DNA of 63,528 nt, counting the filler, from Bigelowiella natans CCMP2755 (taxonomy: Eukaryota > Protista > Cercozoa): the NCBI GenBank assembly GCA_000320545.1. It is 4 parts of 4 records of this genome, joined end to end, with 100 filler letters (N's around TTAATTAATTAA, not from the genome) between each part and the next. Parts side by side here need not be neighbours in the genome. Positions count along the whole stretch, not along the records: positions 1 to 25,104 come from ADNK01000561.1; positions 25,205 to 48,739 come from ADNK01000811.1; 2 more parts are not named here. The stretch is one strand, 5' to 3'. The notes under the pieces are model-generated. The model saw only the letters and a list, made by a program, of their open reading frames with translations. It did no database searches and was not told where the DNA came from. The position numbers and the translations under genes were made by a program. Below are positions 18,764-30,539 of the stretch, piece by piece (the stretch's first letter is position 1; each line of letters starts with the position of its first letter).

Positions 18764-20507
18764 TCAAAAATCATTATTCTTTCCGTCTAATTCGGGGTTT
18801 TGGACGACGTCTGACAAAGAGGTTTCCCGATCCCTATTTGTTCGCTTTGACGCATTGCGTGTTCCGTCGACGCAGACATATGCGATAAATAGGAAATAGA
18901 TAACAAGAAAGGTAATCACCAAACCTTTAAACCATGCCTCATCGGGAACCGGGCTGCCCTTGTCCCAGCAAAAAGAGACTATTAAGTAAACATTCACTGC
19001 GAATACCATCAGCGCCCCTGTCCAACCAACTATCTTCGTGCTGACTTTATTTACGAACGCTCCCATAACCTCGGGTGTGTTAGTTAAAATTATCACTGGG
19101 ATGAGTGCGAAGGGCAGCTGCACTGATTGCAGGATGTTTAGCCATTCACCAAGTTGGTCAGTAAGATTCGGATCGTGCGCAGTAGCTAAAGCAACAACAA
19201 GTGCCGGACCTAAAGCGACAGTTCTCGTGATCATTGTTCGTAACCATGGTGCGACTTGGATGTTGAGAAAGCCTTGCATGACGAATTGACCGGCATATGT
19301 TCCTGTCATTGTTGACGCTTGTCCTGACGCAAGGAGTCCACAACCCCAGATATACTTCGCCGTATTTCCCAAGAAGTTCTCGAGCGCAGAGCCGGCAGAG
19401 CCTAGACCAATCTCTGCGCACACTCCGTGTCCATCGAATCTTGACGAGCATGAGGCGACTTCCGAGGGAGCTGTTTGCCCGTCAAAATTAGATGATCTTG
19501 AGTCTACACACGCATAGTTTGTGTCAAATTGCGAAGCACAATCGCGGCTGAAGAAGCCCCTGGCAAAGGTAACAACAATAGCCGCGTTGATGAAGAAGGA
19601 AGCAAGAAGCGCGATAGCACTCTCAATGGCGTTGTACTTAATGGCTTCTCGAACTTTAGCTGGCCTTCCTCGATCAACTCTCCGGGAGAGAACTAATGCG
19701 GAGTGAAGGTAAATGTTGTGCGGCATTATGACCGCGCCGAGTGTAGCGACAGCCTGGAGAACGACATAGTCGGGAAGTGTGGGAACCACCCATCCAAACA
19801 AAAATGGCTCAGTATGAGTCCCTGCAACACCCCAATTGACGAAGAAGCACACACACATGACGAAGATAAGCGAGCAGAAGAAAGCCTCAAGCTTCCTGAT
19901 TCCGAAGTAGTGAAATCCAAGGAATGTGAAGGTGTCAAGTCCTGTGATCAGTGTTCCTGCCCATAGAGGTAGGTTGAAAAGCAGTTTAAATGCGATTGCA
20001 GAGCCAACAACCTCCTGGATGTCCGCTCCGACGATCTAAATCGTGTCAAGAATGATTTAGATTAGGTAGAGAAAAAATCGATAGCCACTATGTGCGCCTT
20101 ACTCGCAGGGTATTCTAAAATAAGGATAATTCACGCTGTTCATGATAGTGTTTAATCTTGCGAATCGCGATTCTGAGCTCTTTCGAGCAACAGAAATCAC
20201 AGCCGTGCATTCCTACCAACATGCCTCGTGGCGTTCGTAGTGATGGGATCTATTTCAGATTTGTCACAGGAGTAGAAATGAGTGTGTTTCTGTTGTGTTT
20301 TACCGCGATCTCAGTCATAATCCAAAGTATAATCGATACTGGTCGTGAGAACGTCAGTCGACAGTGAGTTGCTAGATCATTCCCTGTTACCACCCCAAGT
20401 GTTGCTGCCATAACCTATAACACACATACGCGCGCGCGCGCGCGCACACACACACACACACACAGTCGTTATCGTAATGGAAAATTCGAAGACAGAGCTA
20501 GGACCTC

Positions 20508-20556
<49 letters not shown>

Positions 20557-21203
20557 CTGTACATTCGTATGCATAGTGCGTGTGTGTGGAGAAAGAAATG
20601 TCGGGGCTACTAAGAAATAGGCTTCTTCTACTACACCTGCAGCACCCAACCCAGGACTGTAGACCAAAACAGCACCCAGAGTATTTGATAGCCACAGTAA
20701 GCACCTTGTTGGAGGTCCGCCTCCAAATTACCTGACGATAGTATGGAACCCTATTATGAAAATGCGCCGTCATCGACTGCATCTGTCTTAAACATCGGAA
20801 CCACCACCGTCTACGTTGTTCCTGCTTGACAGTAGGTCATCAACATCACACCACCTGGATCTAAATATGCCATGCTCATTAACCATCCAGGGCCTGTATA
20901 CCTAATATTTACGGCATACTCGTTACATTTCCTTCATAATTTCAAAATAGTCTTGTGGAGACCAGCACGCGCACATTGGGCATGCAGCCGAGGGTCGGAA
21001 TTAGAAGGATGAATGATTTGGTTTCTTTCTTACGCCCATAATGTCTTGAAGCTGAACCAGACGTCGGGATCTTCATCAGGAACGTCGACTTCATCCTCAA
21101 CTTTATCATGGGATAAGGCTTGAGCTAATGATATGCCCCCCTCTCTCTCACCTTCTTTGTCATCCTGCAGTGATACCCTCGAGTACTTTGAGGAGGACAA
21201 CAT
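18764..21203 (-). CDS. NRAMP (SLC11) divalent metal transporter, multi-exon
   Basis: Motifs WFSFKTLWA|YTGPGWLMSMAYLDPG|NLEADLQ, LGVVTG, DIQEVVGSAIA, GAVIMPHNIYLHSALV, GQASTMTGTYAGQFVMQGFL and QSVQLPFALIP. Likely ATG at 21203. Confidence 0.93.
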
Positions 21204-22069
21204 CTACCTTTACAATCGAAATCTCCTTCATACTTGAGTTGCTGCGACAAAGAGAATCCTTGTCGCACTACTTAAAACCAAAGGTATTTTCCCCATTTCG
21301 CTCCCGTCTCGACGACGTCAAAATTCATACTTTCCTGCCCCTCCTCCTCTTCCCACGGATAACAAGTCAGTCGCATTCTAGTCGTTTCTTTTTTTATCGG
21401 AGTGAGGAGTTCGGGAAGAACGCTTCTTTCAGGTGATCCGTTATGTTGGCTCACCTCATACAGTTACGTTGGGAATAGAAAGGGATTTGAGTACATGTAA
21501 TCTCGTGCAGATTCCCTTGCGTTTGGCTTCTCCCTATCTGACGTACACCGTCTCCTCAGCAACCTTCCGTATCTTTCGGCGATCCTATTCCCTTCTCTAG
21601 GGAGCTTAATGCTACCCTTCATATGAGAAGACAGGTGCTGAACAAAAAGGGGGACGATAGCACCTTCCCGAGTCTCTGCAAGCATAGCTGCTTCGCATAT
21701 TTGTGAATGGGATTTGGAAGTCACCAAGCTACCACAAGACTTTGGCCAGCCTATGTCCTTATTCTTGGACTGTTGTCCAGAGCCGACAAGATTGGTCACA
21801 ATAGTAAGAAAGGCCATCACAACGCCAAGAAGCACCACCGTCGAAGGTCAAATGCCCCCACCCCTCCACAGAGTGATCACATACTACCAGCACAGCACTA
21901 TGGTTGTTGCCTTGCTCTCCTCCTTTTACAAGCTACTATTATTCTGAGATGCGCTGTAGGACTCTCGTAAATGCATGATATGTACGCATCCTTTTGTTAA
22001 CCGCGTACGTGCATGCAGAAGGATGTTTCAGTCTATCGAGTCAGTAGTAATTAACGCTACCTGCTGCGC

Positions 22070-22122
<53 letters not shown>

Positions 22123-24352
22123 CCTCCCTCCCTTACACACACACACACACACACACACATACACACATACACCATGCGAAGTTGGCGGCATATCTAGTCG
22201 ATAAAGGCGCGAGGCCTGTAAGTGATATTACCTGCACCACCACCAATCACCACCATATAGAACTGTAAGTGGTATTGCCAGCACGGCTACCAATCACCGC
22301 CATATTTTGCCATCATCATTATCGTCTCGCCCTATATCATATCTCAACTATCACCACATTACGTCACAGTGCCACGTAGATGAATGATAGGGCAGCAGAA
22401 GGAGGAAGTAGTGAAACCACAGGAGGGAGATGAGGGGAAAGGAAGAATTTGGGAAGGAACTATTTTTCCTCGCTGTGTTTGATGCTCTTCATATCAGTAT
22501 GATAGACACTTTTGTTACGCACTCTTCCTTATTCTTTTGGCCAACTAACTCCTTGTTCTGGCTCTCCTGGCTTGTATATCACCAGATGGCTCGCGATCGG
22601 TCGGTTTCAGCATGTTTTTCCTTCTTCTTCTTCTTCTCCTTCTTCTTCTTCTTCTCCTTCTTCTTCTTCTTCTTCAAAATCATTGTTGGTGTAGCGCTCT
22701 ATCGCCTCCTCCTCTCCCCCCTCCCTCCCTCCTCGCAGGATGCATGCAATTTTCTGAGCATGGGAGAGAGCCTCGACTCTATTCGCTAGCAATTTCCGGC
22801 CATTGCCGTGATCAGCCGTTTGATATAATATGATGCTGCAGATTTGGAACAACCCCATTGGATCTGGGGTTAAAGAGCTACGTGCAACGCTACCCTGTCA
22901 AGCACAATAAAGTCATCATCATCGCCCTGTTTTCCCCTCTTCTTCTCTGCTCCTTAGCATCTGGGCATGATGTGATTTTATAGGAATTCTCTTGGTTGTG
23001 CAGGCATTATGACCCAGAAGGTGGTGGTGGTGACACATGCAGTAGTAGTAGTAGAATAGTATACCTTGAATTATACCTTTTATTTCTGCCTCGGGTACTA
23101 CCCAGCTGTTTCTGTTGTTCATAATTCTATGATCTTGCCAAAGTCCTGCTTTATTGGCATAGAAGTAAAAGCTGTTCCCAAAATCCCTCCTCCTCCTCCT
23201 CCTCCTCCTCCCCCTCCTCCTCCTCCTTATTCTTGCCACACCAGTGTCGGACATGTACTATCTCTCCGATGAGAAGCTCCACGAGCATAAGCTGAAGTAT
23301 TAACCAAAAGAGTTTAACTAACGTGACGATGAGACCTTTGCGGTGCTGCCAAGGAAAAGGACTGAAAATGTCACTGAAGTAGTGCCTATGCTTTGTGTGT
23401 GCTGTTTGTGGATTGTGTGCGTGCATATGTTTGTTGTGTTTCGATAGACAAGAAAGCATACAGCAGGAGAGAAGGTCATCCTATAATTATTCTTGTTTTG
23501 ATGTCCCGTCCGCACTTGTCACGTGTGCCGTGTGCTGTCTACGAGCCTAACTAAGTGCATGCATGCATGCATCATGCTTTGAATGTTGTACAGGGAATCG
23601 GAGGCCTTTTCCCGGCGGCAAAACGCCATTGCGAAGGTGACGGGGCGACCGTTGAGTGCTAGCTTATCACGTGTTGCAGGACACACTTGTGTGCTTATTG
23701 CTGTTTCCTGCATGATGATGATGATGATGATGCTGTTGTTTACTTTCTTCGATGAGAGACAGCGGCCATCCATCTAGAGCAGCATCAATACCGCTGATGA
23801 TGAGAAATGCCAATTAAATCGATCAAAATCCTCCCAACAGCGCAAGAGCATTGTATATGTATTATGTTACTGCAAACGTTGTACAGTGCCTCGGCACTTC
23901 CCTTTACCCCTGCTCCTCCTCCTCCTCCTCCTCTATCCATTGATATGTACAACTGCTAACACTCTTATGCTACTACTACCATATGCACGATATATCATTC
24001 AAGGAACTTGAGAAGCGTCGTAAGGAAGAGGACACCAAGGTATATATCATGAGAGTGGTACTGACAAAGGGCTTTTCGCTTGCACAGCTCCCTCCTCCTC
24101 CTTCTGCTGCATTCAGCGTGTGCATGTATTATATTATATACATGGGGGGGGCGCATATTCGTTCGATCCTGCCTTGTCCATCCTCCTCCTTATGATAGTT
24201 TACACGTATTATTAATACCAACATTGTGAATTAGAGAGAGGAACTGGAAAAGCAGTATTCGTCAGCTGCCATGGTATTAAAACACTCGGGTATCATCATA
24301 GGGACAAAAGAGCAGCAGCAGCAGCAACAACAACAACAACAACAACAACATT

Positions 24353-24384
<32 letters not shown>

Positions 24385-24962
24385 TTTTATGTTGTATTGT
24401 TCTTGTTGATACTGTTGCATAGATTGCGGCACAGGCTGCATGGGAAGCAGCTAGATCACGATCAACGGTTGTGCTTTTTGTGATTATTATCATTGCCGTA
24501 CATACGCTACGATGCTTAAAATTAAACACAGCGATGATAGCACCGTTATGAATGGTTTGGATCATAGATCCAATCGCATTGGATTTGGGAGAGTATTATC
24601 TTTCTTTTTGCCACAACAACGTCCGTGAGTATAATGAATGTGAGTTGTATCGCATGCGTGTGTGGGTGTGTGTGTGTGGTCGTTTCTTGTTCGTTATATT
24701 CATGCATCATCGCAGCAAGTGCCCATCGATCCCCCAGCAGCAGCAGCAGCCTTTTCTTCTTTTGTTGGAGAAGAAGAAGAAGAAGAAGAAGAAGAAGAAG
24801 AAGAGAAAGGACAGATTCGACAACAAAGAAGACAGGTCCCTCCTAGCATAGAAAGAAGAAATCGCCATCCTCCTCCTCCTCCTCCTCCTCCTCCTCCTCG
24901 CCATGAGCCATATCAACGATGCATATCTTGAGATACGGATGATATCCTTTCCCTCTCCCCCC

Positions 24963-25015
<53 letters not shown>

Positions 25016-25104
25016 TATGTTCACGGTAATGAATTCTGCTGGTTAGAATGTTGGGAATACGACGAAGACTCTGCTGTCGCGGTTTGAAAGTCTCACCAAG
25101 AAGA

Positions 25105-25204
25105 NNNNNNNNNNNNNNNNNNNNNNNNNNNNNNNNNNNNNNNNNNNNTTAATTAATTAANNNNNNNNNNNNNNNNNNNNNNNNNNNNNNNNNNNNNNNN
25201 NNNN
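25105..25204. other. Artificial 100-bp assembly spacer (N44-TTAATTAATTAA-N44)
   Basis: N-run with a central six-frame stop linker; identical structure at 48740 and 59673. Confidence 0.97.
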
Positions 25205-25578
25205 AGTAGTAGAAGAAGTAGTAGTAGTAGTAGAGTTGGAGGAACAAGTTCCGCCCCCCCCCCCACCCCTTCAGAGCAACTCACACAGGACATTGGCAGG
25301 TTTCCGCATATTTCTCGTGTTCTTGTCGGTGGCTGCTGTCGTCTCCAATTCCGTGGGCAGAGGACGGAGAGGGGAAGGGAAGGGGAGGAAGGAGGAGGAG
25401 GCTAGAGAAGCGGGGGCGGGGGACAATGAATGCATATGCAAGTCTCGATTGCAAGGGTGTGAGAAGCGATGTAACGTAACACCGGCGTCAGAACACAGCC
25501 AACAGGGTGGGCGAGTTAGTGCCTAAGTGGGTGGGGGTTTTATCGCTGCCTTTCACATCATCCCCCCCCCTTTCGTAG

Positions 25579-26057
25579 GCATCAATGCTTTGGCTTGCGG
25601 AGCACGGCTCTAATCCCAATATGCAGGTGACCCAAATCCCCCCTTCCCCCTCTCCCTCCCTCCCTCCCTCCCTCCCTCCCTCCCTCCCCCTCCCCCTTCT
25701 CTTTTCCTTCCTTCCTCTTCGTTTCCTCTCCTACCCCCCCTCTTTCTTTCTTGTTTTTCTACGAATTCACCGATCACCACCCTGATTCACGTCGAAGGAG
25801 CCGCTGGATGCAGTTTATCTTGCATTCTCACTGCTGACCTCGGAGGGGGCGGTGTGTCCGATAGAGACTTCAAGGGTACTGCTCCTATTGTTTCGCAGTG
25901 TTATCATCGCTATCACACCTATCCTCAGACAGCCACTCCTCTTATCAGGGTAAACTAGTCAGCATGGCGACGATCCTAGTAGGCCTGAGCTTAATCATCC
26001 CGCAGCTGGTCATATTGCGCGTGCGCGTGTACTTATGCGCCTGTGCGTTGTGTGTAT

Positions 26058-26098
<41 letters not shown>

Positions 26099-26887
26099 AG
26101 TGATATCGAGTCGTTGCTTTCTGTCTGTCATTGGTCGTCGAAGTGTGGTGTCTATTGGGTCAGTAGTAGTGATAATAGAGAGAACTAACCACACGAGCAA
26201 CACCACAGGCGGATGTTTTCATACGAGCGAGCGGGGACTCGCGGAAACATCGAGAAACGACGGCAGAAGTAACGATGATACTGATAGCGAAGATGGTGGA
26301 AATGGTAGTAGAGAACAGTGACAAAATGACCTCCTCCTCCTCCTCCTCCCCTCACCCATATTGCTTAGCGAGCCTTCTGGGCAAACTCGATCCGCAGGAT
26401 GGATGAGTTGGAGATAAAGACGCTTCTTCCGCAGGATGTCGCCTCCCGTTTGCGGTGAAACACACATAAAAATGCCTTCACAGAACAACAGCAACTTCCA
26501 ACAAGAGCTGCGATGAATCATCAACATCTTTTCTTCTCAGTGAATTTGCCTTGTCCCGGGACGAAAGCTTTGGAGTGCTATTGCAAGCATACCACGATCG
26601 GTTACCATGCATGCCTGCCATTTGTTCCATTAACACTTATGAATTTTTAAACAAATATAACTCAATATTGTTAAAATGGGTACACTACTAGGGATGAAGT
26701 GAGTTTGGCTAAAAAGTTTATCGCCTTCGATGCGGCGCACTCGGAGCAGCTGGCAAGCGATAGTGACGACGATAATGAAGCCGAGCTCTCGTCTGAAAGA
26801 GAGCAGTCCTCAGAACTAATCTCGAAAGAAGGAAGCATAGGCAACAACGCAACGGCTCAGGCGCAAAATGATTCTAACATTATTTGA
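25579..26887 (+). CDS. 3' exons of an unidentified gene, one ankyrin-like fragment
   Basis: AG/GT-bounded segments ASMLWLAEHGSNPNMQ, RAFWANSIRRMDELEIKTLLPQDVASRL, EFALSRDESFGVLLQAYHDR and DEVSLAKKF...SNII*. Confidence 0.35.
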
Positions 26888-27181
26888 ATCAAAATTATGA
26901 CGCAGATGAGCACAATCTATATAAATCTAGCTACATGGTGTTCGATGTTGCATGATTGTGACATGTGCTCTTGCGTTGATGAGCTTGCTCACACTGATGT
27001 CACCAGCCAGCTAGTTGCATGTCTACACATGAGACGGATGAAAATAATACGTTGTTTGCTCTTCTTTGCATGTCCAAGCGCATGCACAGTGCACGCCGGG
27101 ACTTGAATGACATGGAGAGTTTTTGGTGCGACTCCAGGTCTTCTCCTGAGTGCTTCTCCACAACGACTCGATCTCACCTAG

Positions 27182-27213
27182 AAAAGGATCACGAACGCGT
27201 GTGATTGAAACGA

Positions 27214-27261
<48 letters not shown>

Positions 27262-28950
27262 GTGTGCCAGGTGGGAACTGTCCAGGAAAACTTGTGCATG
27301 CGTGGTTTGTGCGTGCTGGGTGCGCCTGGCAGTGTTTGTTTGCCGTGTTCGGGGGGGATGGCACCAAAAAAAAAAGCAGAGAATGAAGTGATGGCACTTG
27401 TGGTGGCGACAGGCAACCCACCCCTTCGTGGGCTGGCCCCCTTTCCTTTGCAATTTTGCCGACAACTGAACAGTGCAGGTTGCAGGCCTCCGTTTGGGTC
27501 ATCAAACCACACAATTGATGGCCACACCACAGGCAATCTGGAACATGATCTTTCGACCATGAAATCTGGAGGGGGGAATGGTCATGCAGAACATCCAGTT
27601 TTCCTTCCTGCTTGAAGTCGCTCCCCCAAGTTTCCCAGAGCCACAGCAAGGTCCTGATTCAGATGGAGAGAACACGCAATGATGAGGAGGAGGATGACAT
27701 GACAGCATCATCAGCGACCTCGGTGCAAGGCAAGGAATGGTTGGAGCTCCTCTCGATTGCTGGCTTGAATGTCTTCCTTGTTTCACTCTGGAGCTCTGAC
27801 CTTCGCTAGCTAGCTAGCCAGTTCGGCATGTGGCATTGCCAGATTGGCCAACACGGCAGACGCAAATGGAGAGAAAGTGATCGATGTTTTCGACGGTTCC
27901 CGAAGCAGCAGGAGAAGGAGCTTGTCATTGCAAGAAGCATGAGGGATGTGAATGGAGGAAATCAATGAACTTTGAGATGTGGCCTGGTTTGCGCCTGGAA
28001 GACTGATTCATCGATCAGTCTTCTTTGACTTTGCATGTTCGCACATTGAAGCCACCATGCGCATGAACGTCGTGGCTTGAAGGAATGTCTTTCTTTCGTT
28101 CCATGCTTCAGTTTGGTCATCAGAACAATTTTGCAACACGTTCAAACGTTTGGGGAAAGACTTTTCGCTCCGAGACGGCGATTTGTGTGAACGTGCAGCT
28201 CGAACAGCGCCGGATGCGTTTTCTTCTTGGCCAGGTACCCGGACGCCTGCCCCGACAAGACCATGCACAAACGGAAAGTCCATGCACGCAGGCATCTCAA
28301 TTCCACATCGGATGAATCACAGGCAAGCTGCAGGCAAACCCCAAAAATCACGATGGTGAGCCTCTCCGAACGAAATCCGACATCGAAAACTCTTTCCTCA
28401 AAAACCACTTGAGAATCCTTTCTTTCTTTGTCGCAGGGAAGCAATTGTCTGCATTCTTTCTCCGCCAACTTCGGTTCCGTTCGGAGACGCATTTTGTTTT
28501 GTCAATGCGACAATCTTCATCGTGTGTCGTCTGGAACAATGTCTTGAGAAAGTCACACCGGTGGTCAGCACTCTGATCCAGGATTGTCGCTGATGACCCA
28601 TCTCCCTCAGTTTCGTTCGTGAGACTTCGGGATGAATTCATCGCAGATCGAAGAATCTGGCATGAAAACATCCATGACGGCTAGAACGACACACACGATG
28701 TGAAATCCACTCAAATGGCCAATTGTTGCAAGTCTTTCACGAAAATTGCCTGCACCAAGGCGACAAATGGGAATTTTGACACGGAAAAGATGAATCTCAA
28801 AGCTCTCAAAATCTTTCTCACCCGCAACACGCGACAGTCGTTCCCCCCCCACATTGCGATTGTCCACCCCCATCGTCACAGTGATTGCAGAAACAGTGAG
28901 ACAATGTCTGACATCTTCGAAGCAGCAAGGAACAACGATCTCGCTCGTCT
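27182..28950. other. TpA-void hypermutated domain 1 (unidentified degenerate sequence)
   Basis: Manual count of 5 TpA in about 1.77 kb (4 CTAG, 1 GTAC). Overlapping His/Cys-rich, nearly Tyr-free ORFs occur in many frames. Confidence 0.85.
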
Positions 28951-30455
28951 GAAGTATTTGATCGAGCAAAAGGCAAACATCGAGGCGAAGAACAATGACG
29001 GTGGGTAGCAGCTGCAGCATTGCTAGCGTTCAGGCAGTATTTGCAGTGTTGGGTGGGTGATGGTGATTGTTGTTGGTAACAGCAGTGACATTGGCATTAG
29101 CAACAGTTTTTAATGGTGAGCATGGGAAGTAGCACTTGTATCAGCATTGTGTAGTGAGTAGCAGGGACTGGTAAACTGAGCATTGATGTTGGTAGAGACA
29201 GCAACATCAGTTTTACAAAAGTTAATTAAATTAGAAGTTAGTTTGAGGATGGTTGCTGATGTTGCATACATGTGTCATTGTTGTTTGTGCGTCTAAAATG
29301 CGGTCGCATACCATCAGGTTGGACGCCGTTGATTTCGGGATCTTATAATGGCCATTTGGAGACCGTCAAGTACCTGGTTGGTATGAAGGCAAACATCGAG
29401 GCGAAGAACAATGACGGTGGGTAGCAGCTGCAGTATTGCTAGCGTTTAGGCAGTATTTGCAGTGTTGGGTGGGTGATGGTAATTGTTGTTGGTAGCAGTA
29501 GTGATATTGGTATTAGTAATAGTTTTGAGTAGTGAGTACAGGAGGTAGAAGCTGTATCAGCATTGTGTAGTGAGTAGCAGAGACTGGTAAACTGAGCATT
29601 GATATTAGTAGAGACAGTAATATTAGTTTTACAAAAGTTAGTTAAATTAGAAGTTAGTTTGAGGATGGTTGCTGATATTGTATACATGTGTCATTGATGT
29701 TTGTGCGTCTAAAATGCGGTCGCATACCACCAGGTGATACGCCGTTGATTTCGGGATCTTATAAGGGTCATTTGGAGACCGTCAAGTACCTGGTTGGTAT
29801 GAAGGCAAACATCGAGGCGATGGACAATTACGGTGGGTAGCAGCTGCAGTGTTGTTAGGCAGTATTTGCAGTGTTGGGTGGGTGATGGTAATTGTTGTTG
29901 GTTGCAGTAGTGATATTGGTATTAGCAATAGTTTTGAGTAGTGAGTAGTGAGTAATGGAAAAGTAGTAGAGGTAGTAGATGTAGTTGTAGCAGAAGTAAT
30001 ACACAATATTATTTTGGGTTGCTAGTAGTCTGTTTGAGTGTTTTGTGGTTGCAATTTTTGATGTTGTAGGGTTGATTTGATGGCTCGTTGATTGCGATTG
30101 GCACTGCTGTTGTTTTGCCTCGCAATCGTTTGTTTAATTTTTGCACTAGGCAATACCACATTGTACTGGGCTAACGAGCGAGGTCATAACGATATCGTTC
30201 ATTTCCTCCGCAATGATGAAGAGATTCAGTTAATTCGTGATGAGGTTGAGAAGAAGGCCAGGCAAGAAGCTGAGGAGGTGGAGAGGAGACGCAGAGAAGC
30301 TGAGAAGAAGGCAAAGCAAGAGGCCGAGGAGGTGGAGAGGAGACGCAAAGAAGCTGAGGAAAAAGCCAGGCAAGAAGTTCGACAAGACGGAAAAGATCTT
30401 TCGTTTATGTTACTTTATTTTTGTGACAAGCACTCAATCACACATACATGTCTGG

Positions 30456-30539
<84 letters not shown>

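Noticed and set aside
21464-25104. 124-aa ORF 21464-21838 and scattered exon-like fragments
   Set aside because: Probably contains a gene, but I could not assign a consistent strand, frame or family.
25149-25160. Recurrent TTAATTAATTAA motif (piggyBac site or regulatory palindrome?)
   Set aside because: Always centred in 100-bp N-runs, so it is an artificial contig linker. Adjacency across these gaps is not trusted.
29001-30149. Classical RIP (CpA>TpA) as the explanation of the intron differences
   Set aside because: Formally possible for this pair alone, but it cannot produce the adjoining TpA-void domains, the Tyr loss or the hairpin pattern.
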